DNA of 64,000 nt from Thermodesulfobacteriota bacterium (lineage in GTDB: Bacteria > Desulfobacterota > Desulfobacteria > Desulfobacterales > C00003060): assembly GCA_034189385.1 (NCBI GenBank), contig JAXHVD010000009.1, positions 1 through 64,000 of the forward strand, read 5' to 3'. The notes beneath the pieces were generated by a model. The model was not told the origin of the DNA. It worked only from the letters and a program-made list of their open reading frames with translations, and did not search any database. The position numbers were made by a program, and so were the translations under genes. Below, piece by piece: positions 9,755-18,271 of the stretch (position 1 is the stretch's first letter; every line of letters starts with the position of its first letter).

Positions 9755-10738
9755 TCACGGTGCCTTTCCGGCGAGGTTTAACAGCTTCTGGTAGGACTCG
9801 TCTGAGATTTGGAGTCCTTCCACCGAGGCCAGCTTCAATTTCTGGAGCCTATCTTCGCCGGGCACTAGAATCTCGTTAACTCCCGGGTTTCTCCTTGCAT
9901 TCTTAATTTCTCGAACCAGTGCCATTACATTGTTCTTGAACTTTTCTAAAGCGGTCTGATTATGAAGAGAAAACGCGCCGATCAAAAAGCCCCTCGTTCC
10001 GGGGACTGACTTCCCTGCTTTTGCACCAACGAGAGGACCAGCCAGCAGTTCGATGGCCAAGGCTAGACCGTACCCTTTGTGCCCTCCAAAGGGGACGACA
10101 GCGCCATCCAGTGCAAGCTTCGGATCCACCGTGGGAAGACCTTTCTCGTTGACGGCCACCCCCTCTGGCAAAGTCTCATTTGCAGCCAAACAAGATCGTA
10201 TTTGTCCCATGGTAATGGAAGAGGTGGCGAAATCGACCAGAAGCGGATATTCATCTCTCGGAAAACCAAATGAGATTGGATTGGGACCGAAGACTGGCTC
10301 ATAGGAGCCAGGCGGTGCAACCCTAGCCCTTGAATTACACATCACTACTCCGACACATCCTGTCGTCGCAATCTTGTGTGAATGTGTTTCCGCCATTAAG
10401 AAAGGGGATTTGTTGTGCACTCCTACAAACCCGACCCCGTTCTTTTTCGCGCGTTGAATAGACAGTTCGACAGCATAATCTGCGGCAACAGGCCCAAGTA
10501 CGTCGCCACCGTCAACGAGACAGAAACTGCCTATGTCCACCTCTACCAATGGTTCCCCCTTCTTGTCCCCTATTTGTCGTAGATAGAAATCTACCATCAC
10601 AAGACCATGATGGTGAACACCTTTTGCCTCTGCGTCAATAATTGACCTCGACACAATCTCAGCTTCTCTGAGTGCCAGCCCGTGGTTTAGAAAGACCTCC
10701 GTTACCAAAAGTTCGAGATCGGAGAGTTCAATGCGCAT
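9755..10738 (-). CDS. Ldh_2 family oxidoreductase (ComC/AllD/malate-lactate type 2)
   Basis: G.HHHGL, G.NPISFG.P, VDFATS, PFGGHKGYGL, VPGE; AAAGGAGG RBS. Confidence 0.9.
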   Translation of the reverse strand: MRIELSDLELLVTEVFLNHGLALREAEIVSRSIIDAEAKGVHHHGLVMVDFYLRQIGDKKGEPLVEVDIGSFCLVDGGDVLGPVAADYAVELSIQRAKKNGVGFVGVHNKSPFLMAETHSHKIATTGCVGVVMCNSRARVAPPGSYEPVFGPNPISFGFPRDEYPLLVDFATSSITMGQIRSCLAANETLPEGVAVNEKGLPTVDPKLALDGAVVPFGGHKGYGLALAIELLAGPLVGAKAGKSVPGTRGFLIGAFSLHNQTALEKFKNNVMALVREIKNARRNPGVNEILVPGEDRLQKLKLASVEGLQISDESYQKLLNLAGKAP

Positions 10739-10995
10739 CGTCGCCTCCTTTGTACGTTAGTTAGTCTCAGCCATCCGACATAACGCATGAAGGGGAATTG
10801 GTTGTCCGCGAAGGGTTTGTCCTTAGAGGGATGAGTATTTACCTAACACTCAGCCTTGAGGAGAAGACCTCAAAGCAGGTGTGTAAAATCAGATTCATTT
10901 CAGGGTCTCAGAATGACACCCCACCATAATACAATGTGCCATTCTTCCCTCACACCTAGTTCCCTGAGCTAACAAATACTCCTGACGAACCGTGT

Positions 10996-11769
10996 TTAGA
11001 CTATTCTTCCAGAGTAGACTTTTGTCACGTATTCGAAGGAAACTACCCCTTGCTTGTTATGTGTCTCAAATATCTCCTTCAACCTGTGGATCATCGGCTG
11101 ATACTGCTCATTGTCCGGGAGCGGCGCGTAGCTAGAGGACAACAGCCTTCCCAGCAGACCTTGGTAGTCTACACTCTGCCGATTTTCAAATGTTTTAAGT
11201 GTGTATTTGTAAGGGTAAAAAAAGGCCTTAATCCGAGATATGCTTGGGTCGTTGCACTTCTCGTATTGGTAGTCAAACGCATAGTGGCACAGCAGTTCCT
11301 CATAATCTTTCAAAAAGGCTGTAGCATCTGCGGATCTGACATTCCAAATCAAGACAACAAATCCGCCAGGCTTTATGATACGCGAGAACTCCCTTTTGGA
11401 AGCATCCGCATTAAACCAATGAAATGCCTGGCCTGCTACAACAAAATCTACTGATTTAGACTCAAGGCGTGTGTCTTCTGCTGTTGCTTTGAGCAAACTC
11501 AAACGCTCGTATTTCTCGAGCAGTCTTTTCGATGCCTCTCTCATTTTATTATTTGGTTCAACTGCACACACGAAATTTCCGTTTTTCAGAAACATCTCAG
11601 ACAGAAGCCCCGTGCCAGAGCCTATATCCGCGACTACCGCTGACTGCGTCAGATTGAGTCGTTGTCTTAGGTATGAGATAACCTTATCAGGATACTTAGG
11701 TCGATATTTCAGATAGTACTGTACCCTTAGGGAAAACCTGCCTATTGGATTTTCTCTGAGCTCTTTCAC
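10996..11769 (-). CDS. Class I SAM-dependent methyltransferase
   Basis: YRPKYP, ADIGSGTG, VEPN, AGQAFHWF, WN.R. Confidence 0.9.
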   Translation of the reverse strand: MKELRENPIGRFSLRVQYYLKYRPKYPDKVISYLRQRLNLTQSAVVADIGSGTGLLSEMFLKNGNFVCAVEPNNKMREASKRLLEKYERLSLLKATAEDTRLESKSVDFVVAGQAFHWFNADASKREFSRIIKPGGFVVLIWNVRSADATAFLKDYEELLCHYAFDYQYEKCNDPSISRIKAFFYPYKYTLKTFENRQSVDYQGLLGRLLSSSYAPLPDNEQYQPMIHRLKEIFETHNKQGVVSFEYVTKVYSGRIV

Positions 11770-11941
11770 TGTTGAACTTCGGTCGCAGGGAAACTATTGC
11801 GGCGCACACTTCAAGACTAGTGGGCGGCAATCCGGACGTCCATTTGTAAATCAGCAAAAAGCTTAACGGGCTGATTACATTGATATTTTATTGGTTTACC
11901 ATGGGAGACTTTTTCGAAAAAGGGTCCGCTCCCCCGCCCCC

Positions 11942-12116
11942 CAAACCACAAAAGCCCATCCTTCCAACAAAGAAAGATGGGCTTTCCTTATTCAATGCAC
12001 GCCGTTCACAGCAACTCCCCGGTTTAGGGTTGCAAATGGTCTTTTGATGGTACTCCAAGTCCTGGGTCGGGAGGGGTAGCAGATTGGTTCTATTTTGTCA
12101 AGAATAACAATATATA
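11942..12116 (-). promoter_or_regulatory. Promoter-leader-terminator module, copy A (copies B 13957-14118, C 15700-15861)
   Basis: TTGACA at 12096-12101, conserved CCATCAA.AGACCAT.TGCAACCCTAA.CGGGGAG, then hairpin AAAGCCCATC...GATGGGCTTTT. Confidence 0.6.
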
Positions 12117-12125
12117 AACGCAATA

Positions 12126-12196
12126 AATCTCTCGCAGAGCTCACGGAGAGCACTGAGTTTTTGATTTGAATCGCTGAGGGGGCGATTCACATCAAC
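12126..12196 (+). repeat. Cassette-punctuating repeat B, copy 1 (CRCAGAG triad + hairpin)
   Basis: tctcgcagagctcacggagagcactgag then TTGATTTGAATCGCtgagggggCGATTCACATCAA; other copies at 12602, 16235 and 17447. Confidence 0.9.
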
Positions 12197-12205
12197 GCGC
12201 AACCC

Positions 12206-12598
12206 TCAGTCCGCCGGTGGCGGGGAATTTATGATTCTCGTGATACCGTCTTTGAGCAGGGCTTCGTTGAAGTTTATCATCAACCCAAGGGGCTTGTTGG
12301 CCAAACGCAGGTACGTGAGAAGCTGCTTCTTGTGAACGTTCTGTATTGTTTCCACAGACTTCAACTCCACTATAATGGTATCCTCTACCAATAGATCCAG
12401 CCGATAGCCTTCCTCATGGACTCTTTGCCCTCGATAGAAGATCGGCAAGGGCACTTCAGGCTGGACCGTCAGACCCATGGCCTCCAATTCAATGACCATA
12501 CAGGACTGATACACGCTCTCCAACAACCCCGGCCCCAATTCCTTATGCACATGAATGGCAGCCTTTATGATCTGGGATGAGAGCTCATTCAGCGCCAT
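12206..12598 (-). CDS. GxxExxY protein (PD-(D/E)XK nuclease superfamily)
   Basis: VHKELGPGLLESVY, RLDLLVED.IIVELKS, QLLTYL, GLMINF. Confidence 0.93.
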   Translation of the reverse strand: MALNELSSQIIKAAIHVHKELGPGLLESVYQSCMVIELEAMGLTVQPEVPLPIFYRGQRVHEEGYRLDLLVEDTIIVELKSVETIQNVHKKQLLTYLRLANKPLGLMINFNEALLKDGITRIINSPPPAD

Positions 12599-12601
12599 AG
12601 G

Positions 12602-12694
12602 AATCTCTCACAGAGCTCACGGAGTTCACTGAGGTTTTGATCTGAATCGCTGAGGGGAGACGATTCAAATCAACCAGCCGAGGCTTCGGGTAAG
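12602..12694 (+). repeat. Repeat B, copy 2
   Basis: tctcacagagctcacggagttcactgaggttttgatctgaatcgctgaggggagacgattcaaatcaaccagccgaggcttcgggtaa. Confidence 0.9.
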
Positions 12695-12735
12695 AAAACC
12701 AGGTAGACGGAACCTGATTCTCACGCCTCAGTGAA

Positions 12736-13206
12736 TCACTGTTTATTGGGAGCCTCCTTGATCTGAAACCTTTGCGCTGCCGAAGGCTTGCTGTTCTTAG
12801 CGAAACGTACTTCCTTCACCTTTGCCTTCCGGGCAGAGATCGAATCTGCCAGCCGATCTATTTTCTTTTCAACCTGGGCAAGTGTGTTTCTCTGGGAGAG
12901 GAGCTGCACTATGTATGTGTTGAGGGAAATCTCCTCTTTTTTGGCCTGATTGGCCAGTGCGGCATGGAGGCTCTTGGGTAGCCTCAGCCTGGTCTGACCA
13001 CTGAAGGGTTTCAGCACCTCTGGCTTTGGAATCTCCTCTCCATCCTCCACCAAGACCTCAAGAAAGGCTTCTTTGGCGATGGCCAGTTCCCGAGCAGCCT
13101 CTTCCGGAGAAGAGCCAAAGGCGCTTAATCCGGGCAGTTCGGGCACAACCGCCACGTATGCCTCATCTTCTTCACTCCATTGAATGAGGGTGGAATGTTT
13201 TGACAT
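12736..13206 (-). CDS. hicB: HicB family antitoxin
   Basis: WSEEDEAYVAVVPELPGLSAFG, FSGQTRLRLPKSLH, SLNTYIV. Confidence 0.9.
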   Translation of the reverse strand: MSKHSTLIQWSEEDEAYVAVVPELPGLSAFGSSPEEAARELAIAKEAFLEVLVEDGEEIPKPEVLKPFSGQTRLRLPKSLHAALANQAKKEEISLNTYIVQLLSQRNTLAQVEKKIDRLADSISARKAKVKEVRFAKNSKPSAAQRFQIKEAPNKQ

Positions 13207-13469
13207 CAGTCTTCCTCCCCAAAATCGTGTAGACCAAGCTCTCTGACCTTGTCCAGAAGCTGCTTGACCTGATATGGCTTTGCCATCCCGTCACTGTCCT
13301 GAACAGACAAAGTGAACCTGGGGGGATCTTCCCGTTTATAGACACGATGGCTTCCCTTGGTTTTTCTTAGTTTCATTCCGAAGTGACGGCACAAGGTGCA
13401 GAGTTGCCTGAACCTCAAATTGTCGGGAGATACTCGGGCCGTCTCGATCAGTTTTTCAATCTTACTCAC
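13206..13469 (-). CDS. hicA: HicA family toxin
   Basis: GTG start at 13469; LRF..L, KGSHRVY, AKPYQVKQL. Confidence 0.85.
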   Translation of the reverse strand: MSKIEKLIETARVSPDNLRFRQLCTLCRHFGMKLRKTKGSHRVYKREDPPRFTLSVQDSDGMAKPYQVKQLLDKVRELGLHDFGEED

Positions 13470-13485
13470 AAGACCTTTTTGATGA

Positions 13486-13514
13486 ATGGTACCGCATATG
13501 GAACCATATGTCAA
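13486..13514 (-). promoter_or_regulatory. Sigma70 promoter of hicAB with overlapping palindromic operator
   Basis: TTGACA-17 nt-TACCAT; the spacer contains the palindrome CATATGGTTCCATATG. Confidence 0.8.
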
Positions 13515-13544
13515 GAGGGTAGTGGCGACAGAGAATCTCTCGCT

Positions 13545-13924
13545 CCACAATAGCCTCAAAGACAATCTTGAACTGCAGCATATTCCGCCACAGACCCACA
13601 CAGACTGCCACAGAATTATCAGACAATCATGGCAACCCCTTGTTCCGTGAAGGCACGAACCCGCTTAGAGTACTTGATTTCTGAGGATGTCACAGTTTGT
13701 GATATCCTCATGATCTCCTCGCGGGTCAAGGAGAACATGAAGTCTTCAGGAAAACGCTCAATATTCCTTCCTACAGCTTGATTCAGCACTCTTGTTTCCA
13801 CGCCATAGAGCTCGGCCAGGTCCCGGTCCAGCATTACTTTCTGGCCGCGGATGAGCAGAATCGCTGTTTCGATCCGCTCAGCAGGAACCAATGCATTCTT
13901 GTCTTTTGCAGTCCTCTTCTTCAT
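13545..13924 (-). pseudogene. ORF6N-domain gene, internally deleted copy
   Basis: [36 protein letters not shown] then a stop; an out-of-frame QFKIVFEAI remnant lies at ~13550-13577. Confidence 0.8.
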
Positions 13925-14253
13925 CTTTCCCCATGAGGGTGACTTCTCTACCCCAAAAACCACAAAAGCCCATCCTTCCAACCAAGAAAGATGGGCTTTC
14001 CACACTCCAATATCTAGCCTCCCCGATTAGGGTTGCAGATGGTCTGTTGATGGTCCTATAAGTCTTGAAGGCTCCTAACACATGGCCTTGATTTCGTCAA
14101 GAATAACAATATCTAAAGTAAATAGTAACGAGTGAGAAGTGAACATGTAGCCAGTTTTGGGTGTTAGGTGGGATGTTGCGGCGTAGGGCTCAAGGCGTAA
14201 GGCGCAGGGGAACGGAAGAGGGGATAGGGGAAAAGGGGAGGCGGAGAATGGGG
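13794..14253. repeat. ~460-bp duplication (second copy 15537-15996): leader module plus ORF6N 5' end
   Basis: Near-identical sequence at an offset of 1743 nt. Confidence 0.9.
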
Positions 14254-14369
14254 TGATTCAGGTCAACCAGCTAATCTTGCATAACTCTCTGGATTTAGAC
14301 GATGAGTGGGTGGGAAGGGGCCTTCCAGGTGGCACTACCGAGGAAGGGGCACTGTCATGCGGTGAGGGT

Positions 14370-14666
14370 TCACACCCGATCTTTCCAGCTCTGGGGATCT
14401 CTCCGGGCGTGCAAGATTGCCAGGACTACAGTCCTATCCTCTTCTGCCAGATAGAATATTCCGTAGGGAAAACGGCGAATCAGGCTGCGGCGGATATTCT
14501 TGTGTATGACAGGGTACAATTCAGGGGTGCGTTGAATGGACGACAAAGCGGCATCGACGCTGAGAAGAAACTGGGAACCTAAGCCCGGAACTTGTGTCTC
14601 ATACCAACCATAGGCCTCAGCCAAATCAAACTCGGCCTCTGGACGGATCATGAGAGGCTTCTTCAT
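14370..14666 (-). CDS. RelE/ParE family toxin
   Basis: PEAEFDL.EA..WY, G..F, RRFPYGIFY, VLAILHARRDP. Confidence 0.9.
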   Translation of the reverse strand: MKKPLMIRPEAEFDLAEAYGWYETQVPGLGSQFLLSVDAALSSIQRTPELYPVIHKNIRRSLIRRFPYGIFYLAEEDRTVVLAILHARRDPQSWKDRV

Positions 14667-14884
14667 GCCCCCCGCTGTATTCTTTCCCTCACGAATTCCC
14701 AGGGCGACCCGGCATCGGGATCTTGGTGATAGGCATCAAGGCGCCGGTCCAGCTCTTCTTTCTGTGGCTCTGTAAGAGGAACGGCATCCGGGACGGCAGC
14801 TATGCTGTCCCAGACGTCCTCGACAAGCTGAATCCTTTCAGAAACGCTCAATTCAAGCAGCTCAGCTGTCCTTGCTTTGTTCAT
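14663..14884 (-). CDS. Addiction-module antitoxin (TIGR02574-like)
   Basis: LSVSERIQLVEDVWDSI, ELDRRL, PWE.V; ATGA overlap with the toxin. Confidence 0.88.
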   Translation of the reverse strand: MNKARTAELLELSVSERIQLVEDVWDSIAAVPDAVPLTEPQKEELDRRLDAYHQDPDAGSPWEFVRERIQRGA

Positions 14885-15079
14885 AATATTATCCTATCAG
14901 AATGGGGACCAAGATTCAATACCGACGATGCCACGGTACTTCCGGACCCGACCCCGGACCCCGGGGACCCCGGGACCCCGGGTCGGACCGAGCCAATCAG
15001 TTGATATTCAAGAACTTGTCATCCCAAAAGTGGGTATTTTCAGGCTTAGACTGTCATTTTCATGCCCCAAAATGCCCTT

Positions 15080-15667
15080 CTAAGGCTTCGCTGTTCTTGT
15101 CTTCTTCCCTCCCTTGCCATATTTAGCCCGATCCTCTTTCACCTCAAAGCCGATTTTCTTTCTGGGCTTCTCAGGTGGTGTCATAAGTTCGGCGATCGCC
15201 TCAAAGACAATCTTGAACTGGTCGTCGTATTTCTTCTCGAGGGCAGCCAGCTTGCGTTCCAGATCCTTGTGGGCCGATAACATCTGCCGCAGACGGACGA
15301 AGGCCCGCATGATTTCAATGTTCACCTGAACAGCCCGCTTGCTTCGCAAGACGCTGGAAAGCATGGCAACCCCTTGTTCGGTAAAGGCCATGGGGGGATA
15401 TCGTAGGCCCATTTTGTCGCCTTTGGAGGTCACAAATTGTGACCTCCAATTCCCAAACTCCTCTTTTGTCAACTCGAACATGAAATCGGTGGGGAAGCGT
15501 TCTATGTTTCGTCTTACGGCTTGCTTCAGGATCTTCGTCTCCACTCCGTAGAGTTCAGCCAGGTCACGGTCCAGCATCACTTTCTGACCGCGGATGAGCA
15601 GGATCGCTGTTTCGATCCGCTCAGCAGGAACCAATGCGTTTTTGTCTTTTGCAGTCCTCTTCTTCAT
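15080..15667 (-). CDS. ORF6N-domain DNA-binding protein (intact)
   Basis: [57 protein letters not shown]. Confidence 0.9.
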   Translation of the reverse strand: MKKRTAKDKNALVPAERIETAILLIRGQKVMLDRDLAELYGVETKILKQAVRRNIERFPTDFMFELTKEEFGNWRSQFVTSKGDKMGLRYPPMAFTEQGVAMLSSVLRSKRAVQVNIEIMRAFVRLRQMLSAHKDLERKLAALEKKYDDQFKIVFEAIAELMTPPEKPRKKIGFEVKEDRAKYGKGGKKTRTAKP

Positions 15668-16032
15668 CTTTCCCCATGAGGGTGACCTCTCTACCCCAAA
15701 AACCACAAAAGCCCATCCTTCCAACCAAGAAAGATGGGCTTTCCACACTCCAATATCTAGCCTCCCCGATTAGGGTTGCAGATGGCCTGTTGATGGTCCT
15801 ATAAGTCTTGAAGGCTCCTAACACATGGCCTTGATTTCGTCAAGAATAACAATATCTAAAGTAAATAGTAACGCGTGACAAGTGAACATGTAGCCAGTTT
15901 GGGGTGTTACGTGGAATGTTGCGGCGTAGGGCTCAAGGCGTAAGGCGCAGGGGAACGGAAGAGGGGATAGGGGAAAAAGGGAGCCGGAGAATGGGGGATG
16001 AGTGACGAAAGATTGTTTCTTGCCGCAGACGC

Positions 16033-16236
16033 ACCCCGATTGAATACTTGCAGATTCAATGGGGCAGGCGCAGGCGGACCCCGGTTGAATAGTCCGGGAT
16101 TCAACGGGGCGGGCACAGACAGGTCTCTCGCCCCAGTACGATGGTTCCCACCTACCCCAGTTAAACAACCTCCGGTTTGACGGGGCAGGCGGGCCGGGGC
16201 CCAAGTGAAATAGCCTTGAAATTTCACGGGGCGAGC
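16033..16236. repeat. Cluster of five ~35-bp palindromic elements (family C), one nested in another
   Basis: CCC(C)RGT...AC/ATGGGGCRRGC units at 16033, 16078, 16130, 16156 (nested) and 16199. Confidence 0.85.
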
Positions 16237-16537
16237 AGAGCTCACGGAGATCACTGAGTTTTTGATCTGAATCGTTGATCCCAGTTGAATATTGTGGGAA
16301 TTGAACCCTCCCGGTGGCCTGCGAAGCACTGCCGTCAGGCAGAACCCACGGGGAATGTTCACCGTAAGGTTGTTGTCTTTTTAACTATACGCTCGCTAAC
16401 CCCCAGCCCGCACAGCACCGCCGTTAGGCAGAACCTACGGGGGCTGCGGTAGCTCTCCTGTGGAGAATGCGCTCGCTTATTCGGTTCAACGGGACAAGGG
16501 CAAAGAATCCGATTAACGCGCCGATGCTTGGCGTAAC
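16235..16537 (+). repeat. Repeat B, copy 3, interrupted by a C element and the 184-bp element
   Basis: gcagagctcacggagatcactgagtttttgatctgaatcg...gcgccgatgcttggcgtaa. Confidence 0.8.
16301..16484 (-). mobile_element. 184-bp non-autonomous IS200/IS605-like element (PATE-like)
   Basis: Absent from the homologous empty site at 17512/17513; inserted 3' of TTGAA, ends in TTCAA, no target duplication, two related hairpins. Confidence 0.75.
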
Positions 16538-16702
16538 TTGCTGAATTTCCAGTATCAGGAGTTAAGAATCGCAGGAAGCTCAGGGGCTCCGTGGCTTTTC
16601 TGAGATAAAGGATTTTGGGATCCCTCACAGACCTGAGAAAGGTCCCAAGGACATTGGACGCAAGTTGGTGGTTGCGGCGCTTCCTGAGTTCCCGGTTTCG
16701 AG

Positions 16703-16918
16703 CTACAGAAGCTTTCGGAATGCCTCTACTGTCAGTCCGGCGTCTAGGACGATACCGCCCATGGTGAAAGCGTTGACAGGATTCTTCCGGGGGATGGTGA
16801 GAAACCGACTTCCATCAGACATGACGATATGCTTTCTTCCTTGCCGAACGACGGCAAAGCCCGCTTTCTCGAGTGCCCGCACTGCCTGAAGATGATTTAC
16901 ACCGGCAATCTTAGGCAT
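16703..16918 (-). CDS. hicA: HicA family toxin
   Basis: ALEKAGF.VVRQG.KH.VM, TIPR, GI..DAGLTVEAF. Confidence 0.88.
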   Translation of the reverse strand: MPKIAGVNHLQAVRALEKAGFAVVRQGRKHIVMSDGSRFLTIPRKNPVNAFTMGGIVLDAGLTVEAFRKLL

Positions 16919-16920
16919 TC

Positions 16921-17118
16921 TCAGACTGCTATCTCAACTTCCCGCACATCTTCACCCTGCACAGATTCAGATATGGCAGCCAGATATTCAAGGATGGCGT
17001 CCTTGATATTGTCCACCGCCTCTGCTTCCGTTTCCCCCTGGGACCAGCATCCAGGCAGCCCCGGGCAGGAAACGCTATAGCCGTCGTCGGTCTTCCTGAG
17101 GACAATTTTGTATTTCAT
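16921..17118 (-). CDS. hicB: HicB family antitoxin (short)
   Basis: GYSVSCPGLPGCWSQGETEAEA..NIKDAI. Confidence 0.88.
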   Translation of the reverse strand: MKYKIVLRKTDDGYSVSCPGLPGCWSQGETEAEAVDNIKDAILEYLAAISESVQGEDVREVEIAV

Positions 17119-17360
17119 CACCCATGCTCCTGAATGCGACCGAAGTCGAATCCAAATGAGAAAGCCCCAATGTTCTGATCATTCCGTTCCGATAATCGGG
17201 ACTCCTCGTCTGCATCTTTCTCAGTGCGCCGCTGATCATGAGTACAATAGCACAAAGGCGCGATCCTTTCAAAAGGGGACCTACCAGATCAGCAGAGAAC
17301 TTCTGACGTTGGGGAAGTCGGGTGCTGCCTGGTGTGACAGGGGCAAAGAATGGATCTCTC

Positions 17361-17565
17361 GCCCCAGTGAAATGGTCAACGGATTTCACGGGGCGAGCAC
17401 AGACAGGTCTCTCACCCCAGTACGATGGTTCCCACCTACGGGGCGGGCAGAGCGCAGGGAGATCACTGAGATTTTGATCTGAATCGCTGATCCCAGTTGA
17501 ATATTGTGGGAATTCAACGGGACAAGGGCAACGATTCAGATCAACGAGCCGACGCTTCGCGTAAA
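17361..17565 (+). repeat. Repeat B, copy 4, with three C elements
   Basis: C units at 17361-17398, 17414-17448 and 17491-17528 inside tctc..cagagc..cactgag..gaatcgctga..gattcagatcaac. Confidence 0.85.
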
Positions 17566-17609
17566 ATGATGAGGCGGAAGGCAAGCAGGAGAAAGCCGGT
17601 TACTGTTTT

Positions 17610-18041
17610 CTACGTGTGCGCCCTGTGAAGGGCCTGGACATAGCTTTCCACTTGCAGGGGGGAATGCTTGGCTATGAGATCGAAGTGGGCGTCGGCATGA
17701 ACCAGCACAGCGGACGCGCGTAGCGCACATGTGGCAATCAGGATATCGGTGTGGGGCACGGTGACGCCCTTGCGACGGAGCGTGAAGCCCAGCTCAGCAG
17801 CCTCGTCCCAGAGGGGACGATCTGTTTCAATACTTTCCAGGGCATCGAGTCCTTTCTTGAGCCGCCGGAACTCCTTTTCTGTCTTCGCGCCGCTGAGGAT
17901 CTCCACCATGATGATGCCCGTCGTCACGATGGTGTCTTCCCTGAGTAGATGGTCCACACGATCTTTGACCTCTGAGACAAAATCCTTGCGCAGAGCAAGA
18001 ATCCACAGGGACGTGTCTACGAGAAAGCGATCAGGTGGCAT
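17610..18041 (-). CDS. vapC: VapC PIN-domain toxin
   Basis: LVDTSLW, EILSG, DILIA, HADAHF. Confidence 0.9.
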   Translation of the reverse strand: MPPDRFLVDTSLWILALRKDFVSEVKDRVDHLLREDTIVTTGIIMVEILSGAKTEKEFRRLKKGLDALESIETDRPLWDEAAELGFTLRRKGVTVPHTDILIATCALRASAVLVHADAHFDLIAKHSPLQVESYVQALHRAHT

Positions 18042-18249
18042 GTCTTAATCTGTCCAGTTCTTCCAGGGTTAAATCGATCTCAAAGGTGCCCAACCCCTTG
18101 CGCAGGGCCTCCCTATTCCGGTCCCGAACGAGAGACTTCAAGCCAGCCTCGACTGCCTCCTTTTTGGTCCGCGCCCCCACGGCCTTCATGGCGGCATCCA
18201 GCAGTTCTTCGTCAATGACCAGTGTGGTCTTTCTCATAGCCATCTCCAT
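18031..18249 (-). CDS. vapB: VapB family antitoxin
   Basis: RKTTLVIDEELL..A, TKKEAVE.GL; overlaps vapC. Confidence 0.88.
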   Translation of the reverse strand: MEMAMRKTTLVIDEELLDAAMKAVGARTKKEAVEAGLKSLVRDRNREALRKGLGTFEIDLTLEELDRLRHAT

Positions 18250-18271
18250 TAGCCATATTCACTTTATGGTT

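Noticed and set aside
14074..14170. cctaacac...gtgttagg as an integron attC site
   Set aside because: No paired L boxes, the second copy has lost the match, and there is no intI in the window
15818..16628. ORFs of 89-151 aa across the repeat cluster (also 17075-17584)
   Set aside because: They are translations of repeats with no protein motifs
16020..17565. CRISPR array
   Set aside because: Repeats are degenerate, nested and irregularly spaced, with no unique spacers and no cas genes
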